Program-made: the position numbers and the translations under genes
The notes under the pieces: generated by a model
Databases searched by the model: none
Told to the model about the DNA's origin: nothing
Seen by the model: the letters and a program-made list of their open reading frames with translations, nothing else
Shown here: piece by piece, positions 34,710 to 56,350 of the stretch
How positions within the stretch are numbered: the stretch's first letter is position 1
How the letters are laid out: each line of letters begins with the position of its first letter
From: Macrostomum lignano
Taxonomy: Eukaryota
Direction of reading: 5' to 3'
Assembly: GCA_002269645.1 (NCBI GenBank)
Contig: NIVC01000051.1
Coordinates: 62,001-126,000 of the forward strand
DNA length: 64,000 nucleotides

Positions 34710-37700
34710 TCATTGTATACTTAGGACTTTTGAAATTCTATTGGACTGTTTTCAGTCTGTTTTGGACTATATAGTTTGTTTTGCTTAAATATATTGGTGC
34801 TATGAATTAAGGTTAATTGAATTTGCCCTGAGGACATCTTGTGTTTGACAAAATGCATTGCCTAGAAAGAAAATTTTATTTTTATCTTGCTTTTGTTGAC
34901 ATTTATTTTCCTACTATTTGTTAGACAGGCTACACTTCTACAGTTTTGAAAATAGTCTAATAATATTAATTAAAACTTGCTTAGTGTATATATGAGTATT
35001 TTTTATTGCATAAATAGACTTTATATTAGGACTTATGCACTTAAAAAGGATTAGCTTTGTTTGATATGCTTTTGGATTTTATCTAAAGCATACAAATTAC
35101 CTGTCTAAAGCAATTTGATCCTTGGTTATAATATAAAAATGATTTAAACCAAAAATATTATTGATAGAATAACAAATAAGTCATTTTGCCTAAATTTATC
35201 ATTTAGTATTAGATATTTATAGGAAAACACTGATGTTTTAAATGAAAAATAAAATATACTGTATCAATGAATTAAAAGCTTAAATACTTACAAATGATTA
35301 AAATAGAATAGAATTACTAAATATTTGGTTTAAATTGGAATCCGAAAGTTGATATACCAAATATATCAAATAGTTGCTTTGACATAGGGAAAATATTTAG
35401 AACAAATCAAGAATTGAAGATTGGTATTGTGGCCCATAAATGAATGGAAAGAATTGGGAATAAATAGGAATCAAGGAATTAAGGACTACAAAGTTTGCAT
35501 TTGAAAAGTCAAGAGTTTTAGAGGTTGTAGGATTGTGGCTTATGAATGAGGAATGAAATTTAGGATGGGATAACACATGACACATCTTTATGAAAGGTAG
35601 GAGTGCTTAAGTAATCATAAGTATATTGTGCTCAGATTGAGGCTTTAGGAAGCTTTGAGGCTTTATTGTAACCACTGCTTTCTTTATTATCAGACTGCAG
35701 CAATTTAACAGTGAATAGCAATTGGCAAATCAAGGCAATCCAACATAGTTTGTAAAAATGAAAGATTTATATAAAAAGCAATATAATACAAGTGACACCA
35801 TGGAAATTTCAACATCAAGTTTTACCCAAAGATACTCTAAAATTTAAATGGCCTCTTAAGAAATGTGCATTGTCTTGGTTGTTAGACTGATGTAGACTAC
35901 TACAATAGAGCTGAACTTTTTCTCAGGGCTGCAAATTAGCTAAAAAGATGACATGATCAAAGCATAATAACAATCATGAGAGTACTATGTTCTACACACT
36001 GGCTTTTGAAACAGTGATTGGCAGACTTTAACATCAAATGCCAGAAAAATCTTGCTCAGCTCTAGCTTTAGAGGAGAGGTGAGAGAAAGGATAAGAGAAA
36101 AGATAGAAGATAAAAAGAGAAACAAGGGATAAGGGGTGACGACAAAGAGAGTGAGGTGGGAAAACATGCTTGGGCACAACCTTGGGATTCACTCGGCTGT
36201 TTCTATTGGCAACACACACATGTAAGTCGCTATTGGACGGAATAGTAGTCACGTGACTGCTCTCAGCCAATAGCAACTTACATGTATGTGTTGCCAATAG
36301 AAACAGCCGGGTGATTCCCAAAGTTGTGCATGTATGTGGGAAAAGGGGGAAAGAAAAATAAGAGAAAGGAGAGAATAAGGGGTAAGAGAAAAGAGGAGTG
36401 TGAGAAGTGAGAAAAGAGAATAGAGATAAGAAGAGGAGAAGAGAGATAAGAAAAGAAGAAGTAGAGATTAGAAAATGGAGATAAGTAAGCAGAAAGAAGA
36501 AAGGAAAGATAAGATAGGACTAAGAGAGGAGTGATGAGATAGGAGATCAGAGAGGAAAGAGAAAAGAAGAGAAAGGGAAAATGAGAGAGAAAGAGAAGAG
36601 AGAAGAGATAAGGTTATATAGAAAAGAGATAAAACTAAATAAAAAAAATTAAAGATAAGAGATAAAGGAAACAAGAGAGGAGAGTAGAGAGAGAAAAGAA
36701 AAGTGAATAGAGAAAGAGCTAAAGAGCTAAAAAAGAACAATAGAGAAGGAAGAGAAGAGAAAAGAAAAGAAAAAGGAAAAAGAAGAGAACAAAGACAGGA
36801 GTAAATAGACAAGAAATGTAATAGTCCCTATAGGAAAAAGTTGTAAAACCGCGGACGGTGTCCGGCGCACTTTTGAAATTTTTCTAAAGCGCAGCGCGCG
36901 CACAGGCGCAGCGCCTGCGCGCGCTGCCCTTTCTTACTGGCTGCTGCTCTAGCAAATACATATACATGGAAATGGGTATAATACCTCTGTTGAAGGGGCT
37001 TATACACTCGTAATTTATTATGCTTAGAGATGTTCCGAAAATTCAATTTCAATTTTCCAAAATTTGAAATTTTTTAGAGCGAATTTCAATTTCGAAATAA
37101 AATTTAGAAGTGAAAATTTTGGTAGTGTCTAAAAAGTTGCTAAAAATAAACTACTTTCTACTACATATACATGTATTACTTTTCAGTAAGCAGTAAATTG
37201 AAAGTAAAAAAGTGAGTGTTGATCATACTAAACTTTGTTTTTCTGAATTATGATTTTGGGAAATTTCAATTTTGATTTTGGAAAGTTAGCGAATTTTGAT
37301 TTCGACGAAACTGCAGATCTTTCGGAACATCTCTAATAATCCTAAAGCGCGGTAAAATAGTTTGACTCTTTTCTAAAGCGCGCGTCCGCGGGTTTTTAAC
37401 ATTTATTCCAATAGGGGTAATAGTGATGCTTATTTAAAAAGTATTAGAAAAATAAAGGTTAATACCAACATATAAGTAAATTAATAGACAAGTAAAAATA
37501 AAGACAAGAGATGCAAGAGTAAAAAGAACAGTGAAAAGAGATTATAAAGACAAAAGGAGAGAGGGTAGAAAAGAAATTTGTGAGAGCAGAGAAGAGAGAC
37601 AGAGAGAGAAAGGGGAAAGGGAGAAAGGAAGAGGAAAGAGGAGAAAAGGGATGGGAGAAAGTAGAGAGAAGAGAAAGAGAAAAAAAGAGAAAAGAGAGAG

Positions 37701-40205
37701 AAGAGAGAAGAAAGGAAAGAAAATAAAGAAGACTTAAGAGATTTAAGAGAAAATAATAAAGGAAAGGAAAAAGAAAAGATAAGATGCATACATGCGCAAC
37801 TTTGGGAATCACCCAGCCATTTCTATTGGCAACACAGACATGTAAGTTGCTATTGGCTGAGAGCAGTCAAGTGACTACTATTCCGTCCAATAGTGACTTA
37901 CATGTATATGTTGCCAATAGAAATGGCCAGGTGACTCCCAAGGTTGCACCCAAGCATGATAAGATGAGAGATAAGAGAGCTGAGACCAGAGAGAAGAGAA
38001 GAAAGAAAGAGAAAGAAGAGGGGCAAGAAGATAGGAGAGAAGAATAGATAAGATGAAAAAGATAAAAAAGGCAAAAAATGGAAGATAAGAAAGGAGAAAA
38101 AAGAGAAAAGATGAATTGGAATTTAGCAGGTTTAAAATTCATGGGTTTTAATAACTTATAAATATGAAAAAGTTTTGATGCAAAATAATTATGATATAAA
38201 TATATGCTAAAAAATTAGATAAGTAGATTAATTTTCTTAAATGCTAACACTGGGGCCTAACAGAATTATTTAATGTCTATTTAATTTTAAATCACATAAA
38301 TTTTAATAAGTAATAATAAATATTTGTCAAGAAACAGGGTATATTTTATACAACAAGTAGACACAAAAAATTTTGACCAAGAAAGGTACACAGAAAAGTG
38401 CCAGTGGATTTTTTTCTAAAAGTAGGCACTTCAGTGAGAAAATTAAATTTCAGAAATTGTTATAGGCTGCTATTTCACTAGATAGATCTTACTTTCCCAT
38501 TTCCAAAATGGCCAAACTTTAGTGATTTGGTTGAGTAATAAGGAAACTACAGCTATTTTAGTAACCCCGATTTGTGCCTTTAGCCAATGGAATTTTTACA
38601 TTACGGTTTGTGATCATTTTTGGCCAAAAAGTTGGCTTTTTGTCTTTGAACACTTGTAATTAATTTTCTAGCCAACCAAAATGACTGTGCTTGGTGTCAT
38701 TTTGTTCAGTTTTTTAGTGTTAATTGTATGAATTATATATTTTAATATTATTTTATATGCCCAAGTTGCTAAGCTAATTGAAACAGGATGGGTGTATGAA
38801 ATTTTGACTATTTTAACCAGATACGCAATGATTGCAATTTTAAAAATACAATAGCATCTGTTCTGCTTGCTTAATTTATACAAGGCTAGTGTCATTTTGT
38901 TCAGGTTTTTACCTACTATAATACTATTCTACTTCTTGCCCTAAATTTTTAATGCATGACAGACACCCCAACTGCAATGTAATGTGCTGTACAGGCTTTG
39001 CGCATGGGTTTATTAAAAAACGGTTTTGCCTATCGTGTTCAGCATAGCAGAATTAGTTAAATGACACAGAGAACTAGTTTGCCGGAAGGCAGAGTCTCAC
39101 AAAAAACACGAAATACACGTTTCAATGGGTATTTTACATGTAAACGTATCAAAAAAAGAAACCTCCACAAAATTTTTGCGCCTATAGCTATTGGCAAGCG
39201 GTTTTTTTTACTGTGCTTGTATTGTCAATAGGTAATGAAAAATATAAAGAGAAACAATGCAGGAAAAGGATTTCATGGAAAATTTTGGATTTGAAATTTT
39301 GCATAGAGCCATATGGGCATTAAAAGAAAAAAAAAATTTTTTTTAACACCAGAAAAATGTTTCTAAATTATCCCTTTACACTATAAAACCTTTGTTTCCA
39401 TTATAAGAAACACGTTGCAGCTAAGAAAAAGCATTTTCTGAACCACTGTTTTTTTATTCATTTTGGCTTCAATTTTATATTCCTCCTAAAAAATGGTCAA
39501 CTTTAAAAATAGACAGTGCAAAAAGTATAACAAAGCTAGACTTGCAGTTGGTGTCATTTGAAAGAGCTCCTTTTTACCTTTTAAATGCATATTTTACTTT
39601 CATCCTGGCTTCTATAGTTTCTTTAAAATCGCCCTTGAAAAAATTGGACTTTTTTCTTACTTTTTTGCCATTGGCACGCACTTCTTATAACTCACTGAAG
39701 TCCCTACTAAAAGTGCATATTGACTATTGTAGCTATTTAAAAATGTTTAACAATGGGATAATATTAGCACTAATATTTATTTACAAAGCTTCCTTAGGAC
39801 CAAAAAATGAACTTTTATAGGCAAGAGCATTTAATTCTTTATTTTTCTCATACATAGAATGCATTATTTGTTTTGGGATAAATTTCACCCTGACATGGGA
39901 CTAGGCTGGGTCAAGAAAAAGAAACTCATATTTTTTATACTTTTTTAATATATAAGTTTCTTTAATTTTAAAATCTTTTTTGTCTAAAGCTATATCAGGC
40001 CTAATAATAACTTAAACAGACAGCAACTTAAGCCAACAAAACAATTTGACGAATTTCGTACATGACCAAAAAATTTAAAAAAGTCTAATAATTAACAAAA
40101 AGACAACAGGAATGCAAAACTTACCAACTTATCTGAGTCTGAACATGAAATGACATAATATCTCATACCAGCAAATAGCTTATTAGCTGGAGTAGAATTC
40201 ATCAT
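24047..40205 (-). CDS. PAXIP1: PAX-interacting protein 1 (PTIP): six BRCT domains with a long Q/H-rich linker, 11 exons, about 1647 aa
   Basis: Exons (minus): 40205-40125, 33695-33021, 31687-30917, 30461-28848, 27910-27767, 26963-26796, 26630-26486, 26394-26351, 26262-26165, 25748-25099, 24600-24047, total 4944 nt, phase-consistent. Architecture is BRCT1-2, polyQ, BRCT3-4 (HDCPEKLPVDLCLLGCVF), BRCT5-6 (VAVSGL...VTPKL). Exon 1 (MMNSTPANKLFAGMRYYVISCSDSDKL, followed by GTAAGT) supplies the missing first strand of BRCT1. Confidence 0.88.
27210..27660. repeat. Degenerate AAACCCTAATTCCTACCT repeat in PAXIP1 intron 5
   Basis: CCCTAA-rich degenerate units. Confidence 0.75.
27990..28770 (-). mobile_element. 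One-ended copy of the same MITE family with a long AG-rich tract (PAXIP1 intron 4)
   Basis: The minus strand starts CAGGGTGGGCAAAC at 28770 and contains TCTCTTCTCAGCTCTCC, shared with the 31757-32155 copy. No second TIR is seen. Confidence 0.55.
30585..30870. repeat. 21-bp minisatellite with a 63-bp higher-order unit in PAXIP1 intron 3
   Basis: GACTCAGTAAGAATACTAATG and two variants cycle three times. Confidence 0.9.
31757..32155. mobile_element. hAT-type MITE with AG-rich interior (PAXIP1 intron 2)
   Basis: Ends CGGGGGTTGGCAAAC and GTTTGCCGACCCCTG. Flanks GTTTAAGC and CTTTAAGC match 7/8 as a TSD with central TA. Confidence 0.75.
33952..34956 (+). mobile_element. 5'-truncated, decayed Penelope-like retroelement (GIY-YIG endonuclease end)
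   Basis: Frameshifted coding remnant at about 34000-34633: ILRSNGYP...GVVYQF...SYIEKTKQNLHTRAMEH...SAINDHL...IIEASYIRIHKPNLNMQL. Inverted repeat between 33960-34000 and 34875-34919. A 15-bp direct repeat AGTTTTGAAAATAGT lies at 33952 and 34942. A (CT)n tract follows the stop. Confidence 0.8.
36165..36336. mobile_element. 172-bp palindromic (foldback/MITE-like) element, copy A
   Basis: Arms of about 70 bp around a short spacer; it aligns end to end with the reverse complement of 37787-37958. Confidence 0.7.
36826..37416. mobile_element. Non-autonomous TIR element with 8-bp TSD, carrying a nested MITE
   Basis: Ends CCCTATAGGAAAAAGTTGTAAAACCGCGGACG and CGTCCGCGGGTTTTTAACATTTATTCCAATAGGG. Direct repeat GTAATAGT at 36818-36825 and 37417-37424. 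Confidence 0.7.
37025..37335. mobile_element. hAT-like MITE nested inside 36826-37416
   Basis: Perfect 16-bp TIR TAGAGATGTTCCGAAA / TTTCGGAACATCTCTA. Flanks ATTATGCT and ATAATCCT match 6/8. Confidence 0.7.
37787..37958. mobile_element. 172-bp palindromic element, copy B (inverted relative to copy A)
   Basis: Its reverse complement matches 36165-36336, and the differences are mostly at CpG sites. Confidence 0.7.
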
Positions 40206-40991
40206 GTTTAAATTAAGCCTAAGCTAAAGTAAAAAGACCTATTAAAATAAAATTGCGTCAAGGTTGGCTTGGCTTAGGCTAAGCTAGGTCTAATCAAATT
40301 TCTTACTAAACTAGAGAAAAAGGGCTGAGGCAATGAAATTATTAGTCTTTAAATTTACTTAACATGAATTAGACCAATGCAAATGGATTTAATTAAATTT
40401 CGAGTAGGGAGCCTAGTTACAAAGATTGACATATTTCAGCAGATCTGACGATTTTTTTACTAGGCCTAGGTCTAAGTTTTTTAAATATACACAGCGTTGA
40501 TATAAGAGTCGTTGCACAAATTTGAGCTAACATATGGTGCAATGAAACAAAATGTAAAATGACCTTTTTATAATGATAAGAAACTTCTAAATTCATCTTT
40601 TGATATTAAAACATAAAAAAGGCCACAGTTTTTTAATGTTTAGCAATCTTTTGTTTAAATCTTTACTCTGTTTTTATAACAACAGAAACTAAATTCTTGT
40701 CTATATTTAAGTAAAGCATAGCAAAATAATCAACATATTTGTTAATAGTATTTTGCCTAGCATAGAGTTATGTTATTTTTTTGTTATTTATTTTAACCTT
40801 GTCAGTAAAAAGTGCAATAAACTGTATCGTTTTTTAAACGCAAGCATTGCCCGTGAATTTTTTTCTATCCGGTTAATCAAGTGCGCATAGCTACATTTTG
40901 GCACTGTCAGCTCTTGTAATTTTGCCAAAATAGTAGCATTCGATCCTGTATCTCATTGCATTTACAATTATAAGTATCACAGTGACGTGAC
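40206..40991. promoter_or_regulatory. Putative bidirectional promoter between PAXIP1 and RUVBL2
   Basis: 786 bp separate the divergent start codons of the two inferred first exons. No TSS data. Confidence 0.55.
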
Positions 40992-51694
<10,703 letters not shown>

Positions 51695-52244
51695 ATGGGC
51701 GCTAGTAAACTGCCATTTATTATTTAATTTACAATCACTTACACAATTCGTCAGCTCTCATAGCTTTATGTTTGTAATAGAAAAAAATCCAAAAAAAAAT
51801 ATAATGCCATTCCGACAGCAGAATTTCAACTGGCCCTTTTTCAGTGTGTGTTTTTCATGTCTAAATTTTCTAATAAAAAATGAAAACATTACTAGTGTGT
51901 AAGTTTTTAATACATCATGCTCGCTATAGCAAATTGCTAAAATTGACTGTTTTTAAAACCCCTTTTTTCTTATCTTTTTCATGTTCGTGTTCTTCGTTCT
52001 TTTTCTCAACGCTTAAACCTACTTATGAGTAGTATGTCTTGTTTGCTGTGCATCTAACCATCTAGCGAGTAAATAAAAAACGGTGCAGTTTTGAATTAAA
52101 CCGCCAACTCTGTGGCCTGCTGGCTCGAGCCAATGTGGTATTTTGATTAAAAACTTTTTTTGTTTTGTGTTATTTTCTTTTATCTTTTTTTAGCTAGGAC
52201 TTAGAATGTGTTTGAACTGGCCCCCTTTTCCATGGGTTTAGAAT

Positions 52245-52682
52245 CTGGATTTCCAGCGGTTAATCTGGAATTCCAGGGGTTAATCCGGAATTCCAGGGGT
52301 TAATCTGGAATTCCAGGGTTTAATCTGAATCCCCAGGGGTTAATGTGGATTCCCAGGGTTTAATGTTGATTCCCAGGGGTTAATCTGGATTCCCAAGGGT
52401 TTACAATGTGGATTCCCAGGAGTTTATAATGTGGATTCCCAGGGGTTTACAATGTGGATTCCCAGGGGTTTACAATGTGGATTCCCAGGGGTTTACAATG
52501 TGGATTCCCAGGGGTTTACAATGTGGATTCCCAGGGGTTTACAATGTGGATTCCCAGGGGTTTACAATGTGGATTCCCAGGGGTTTACAATGTGGATTCC
52601 CAGGGGTTTACAATGTGGATTCCCAGGGGTTTACAATGTGGATTCCCAGGGGTTTACAATGTGGATTCCCAGGGGTTTACAA
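52245..52682. repeat. 23-bp minisatellite GTGGATTCCCAGGGGTTTACAAT
   Basis: Homogeneous on the right, degenerate on the left. Confidence 0.93.
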
Positions 52683-52972
52683 TTAGAAACGCTCCGCCTC
52701 TCTGCTGTATGGTTAAGGCAGGCCAATTCTCGCCGCTAGCCTGCTTTTTTCCTCCCTTTTTTCTCCGCTGCTGCATGCTTCTCATTTAAGCCGGTCTGGT
52801 TGGAGTAGAGCTCACGGATAAGTGGCGATATAAGCTTGCTTGCAAGACTTTCTTAGCCCCCCAGTAGGTAAAGTTGCCATATACTCGTATGTACTCGTCG
52901 TATTTTATATAGCTGGTATTCCTATAAATTTAAACTGATAAACCTCCCTATATCTGCTTTTTTGGTTTCTCC

Positions 52973-53007
<35 letters not shown>

Positions 53008-53100
53008 ATTCCTTATTTCTTTCTTGAGATTCTGTTCCATAAGAACGGTTAAGCTGACTCAAGGAGTTCTCATATCATAAACTTATCTGGAGAGAGGATT

Positions 53101-53300
53101 AGGGAGTTGTAAGCCTAGTGGCTAGACCCTCTAGAGCATCGGACTCACCACTAAAAGGCCGGAAGTTCGATTCTTGACCCACTTGAAACAAATTGTATCC
53201 TTGAGCAAGACACTTAACTCTGCATTGGTTCAATTCACCCAGCTGTAAAATGGGTGCCAGCATTAGCTGGGGTAACTGAGGGTGGGAGTGGCGACCCCCC
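53101..53300 (+). mobile_element. Second copy of the tRNA-derived SINE
   Basis: AAGCCTAGTGG...AGTTCGATT...GTATCCTTGAGCAAGACACTTAACTCTGCATTGG...CAGCTGTAAAATGGG...CATTAGCTGGGGTAA. Confidence 0.7.
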
Positions 53301-53573
53301 CCCCTTAGCCCTTGGACTGAACAGCAACTGTCTATGGCCAACGGTGGCAGAATCTGTTATTAAAGCGTGCATTAAACTTTGGCAAAAGTAAGCGAATTTT
53401 GGCAACACGCTTAATTTCCTGTAATTCATACTTCACTTAAAATCTCTATAGTTTATAATTCGTGAAATTTTTGGGATTTTTACATTTTTTAAGAAGACTT
53501 TTGCAACCTCTGTGGGCCAGAGAGGCTCACTATAGCATTTCCCGGTCAATTTGGTCCTAGAAGCACTCAATTT

Positions 53574-54399
53574 AATCCGCAATAGAGAATTCCAATTCAT
53601 TCCGCCGTCACTAGAGATATGTCTATGGCCAAATATGCTGTTTCGTTCCACTTAATTTAATCCTGGAGGCACTTATTTCGCGTATTTATTTTAAAAGCTC
53701 TTACTTTTGAAGAAAAGAGATTGACGCATTGATTTGTAAGCATTAAGTTGTTCGTCCATTAAGACGTAGAACTGCTGCTGGTGCTGTACATCATTGCGAA
53801 CACTAACGTTCGCGACCAATCGATCGATGCAGCCCTGAAACTTTTGAGCAGTCATTGTCTCGGCAATAATCTCATGGTGCAGTAGGCCAAGATGCGGGGA
53901 TATAGCTTGAAAAATGTTCACTTGGACACCGCGTTGTGTATGAACAACTCGGCGCACTCGTTGACCCCGTTTGCTGCGGCCTTGACCACGTCGCGTCCAC
54001 AGATTAAAACCTGTTTCGTCGACGTAAATCAAATGGCAATCAGCTGGCAGACCTAGCAGCCATTCGGCATGCTCACGCCTCCTTGCAATGTTTTCGGGGC
54101 TGTTCCTGGCTGCTGGCACATCTGCATCCCTTACCAAGCACTTCATCGTAAACAATTGCTTGTCGAGCTTGCGAGCGATCGTACTTTTGCTAACTTCGAT
54201 TCCACGAGATTGTTGAAGCTCATGTTGCATTTGACTGCACTACTTTCCGAGTCACTCATTCTTGCTTATTAACGGCTTTTAAAATAAATACGCGAAATAA
54301 GTGCCCCCAGGATTAAATTGAGTGGAACGAAACAGCATATTTGGCCATAGACATATCTCTAATGACGGCGGAATGAATTGGAATTCTCTATTGCGGATT
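53574..54399 (-). mobile_element. IS630/Tc1/mariner-type transposase fragment between ~125-bp inverted repeats
   Basis: ORF 54230-53691 contains VSKSTIARKL (HTH end), LIYVDETGFNLWTRRGQGRSKRG (first Asp) and YVLMD (second Asp); no third catalytic residue. The inverted repeats at 53574-53699 and 54275-54399 are nearly identical. Confidence 0.75.
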
Positions 54400-54617
54400 T
54401 TTATTTTACGAGTTATTTTGAAAGTTTTCACTGATGCCAGTTGGCAACCTGAATTCGGATTCAGGATGCCAAATATAGAATTAATTTGGCAAGAGTTACA
54501 AGCGTATAGTCTATGGATCCAGTTGGGATCGAATTTGGAACTTAAATGCAGAGTCATAGATAAATAAAACGATTCATTTCTATGTATATGATAGCTTCAT
54601 TAGTGATACATCTATTC

Positions 54618-54725
54618 CAGGGGTTGGCAAACTCTGGCCGTCCCGCTGCTCAAGGTTTATGTCTCTTCTCTCCTCTCTATAATATTCTTTCAATTGACTC
54701 CTGTTCGACACTTCTACCCCCTCAT
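54618..54725 (+). mobile_element. Short copy of the same MITE family
   Basis: Starts CAGGGGTTGGCAAACTC. CAAGGTTTATGTCTCTTCTC is identical to the 28770 copy. The right end is degenerate. Confidence 0.5.
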
Positions 54726-55599
54726 CTCTAGGGTATGCTACTTAACGAAAGACAAACATCTGTCAACTTTATTTGTCAAACACCATATTGTGTTTAAGCT
54801 CCCGGGTACAGGAGCTTTAGCCCTTGAAACTAGGCTAAAACTAAGTTTTTCACAGCACATATTAAGATTCTTAACAGCATCTTCCGCATTGGATTAATTT
54901 TAAAATTTAAAAGCAACTTCTGAGCTTAGAAATGTCAGAAACATTATCCAAGAGGTCGAAATAAGTACATGTCGTTAAGTCAGTTGAACTTCATTGGTTA
55001 ATATTAGACTTGCGCCTGTTTGGCTCACAGTTTCTAGAGATACAGAGGATTGTGATTAGTTTCTCTTTAGTAGCTAATAGTGTTGGAGTTAGAAGGACTA
55101 CTTGACTGATCAAAACGACAGGAATGAGAGTAGGGCCAGGGAGGTCTCTGCGAAGGGAAGCGTGGTGCGGAGATGTGGTATATGGGGATAGAGCAGAAGG
55201 AACTGTACATCAGTTTCGCCATCCTCTTCTTCCTTTTTCCCTGTATGTGGAAAGAAAAAATATCTCTTCCTTGCTCCTTCCCGCTGTACGCCGGTGTGGT
55301 ACGAGCTCAAGTCGCGGAAGTGGGATCTGGAATGGGGGGGGGGGTTGGCGTGAATGCTAGTGTGTGCGTGTGCATCTAACTCGACGTTATTAAATACCCA
55401 GTCTGTCATTAGGAGAGCGCGTCCACTGCTGGTAAATAATTCACAATTTCGGTCATTGACTCCCGAGTCTAACAGTCTTGCAATTTGTTCATCAAAAAAA
55501 CACATAGTAAGAATAATTAAAAAAATATCTGGCCATGTCTCTGACCATCTAACTGACTATAGAGAGTCTGGCTTTAAGAGTACTCCTGGCACTTCTCCA

Positions 55600-56205
55600 A
55601 GAGTATCTTTATGGCATCTGAAGACTATCTTTATGGCATTTGAATTAGAGTATATTCTGGCATCTGGAGAGCATCTGAAGAGTATCTTTATGGCATCTGA
55701 ATTAGACTATATTCTGGCATCTGAAGAATATCCTCCGGCACTCATCCAAGAGTATCATCTGGCACTCACCCAAGAGTATCATCGGGCACTTATCCAAGAG
55801 TATCATCTGGCACTCATCCAAGAGTATCATCTGGCACTCATCCAAGAGTATCATCTGGCACTCATCCAAGAGTATCATCTGGCACTCATCCAAGAGTATC
55901 ATCTGGCACTCATCCAAGATTATCATCTGGCACTCACCCAAGAGTATCATCTGGCACTCATCCAAGAGTATCATCTGGCACTCACCCAAGAGTATCATCT
56001 GGCACTCATCCAATAGTATCATCTGGCACTCATCCAAGTGTATCATCTGTCACTCATCCAATAGTATCTGGCACTCATCCAAGAGTATATCATCTGGCAC
56101 TCACCCAAGAGTATCATCTGGCACTCATCCAATAGTATCATCTGGCACTCATCCAATAGTATCTTCTGGCACTCATCCAAGTGTATCATCTGGCACTCAT
56201 CCTGT
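55600..56205. repeat. 24-bp minisatellite CTGGCACTCATCCAAGAGTATCAT upstream of the hemerythrin-like exon
   Basis: About 20 clean units. Confidence 0.93.
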
Positions 56206-56350
56206 CTCAAGTGTATCTCTAACTCCTTTAAAGAGTACCCAAAACTAGCCTAGGGACAGCTTAGACACAGAATCAGTCCTGGAACTTTCAGACTCAAAAT
56301 ATTCAGCCATCTAGCAATGTTACTAAACTTATATAAACTGTCAATTACAG

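Noticed and set aside
55354-56016. 220-aa ORF ending in LALIQEYH repeats
   Set aside because: The distal part is a 24-bp minisatellite; only 55354-55506 is kept as a possible alternative first exon.
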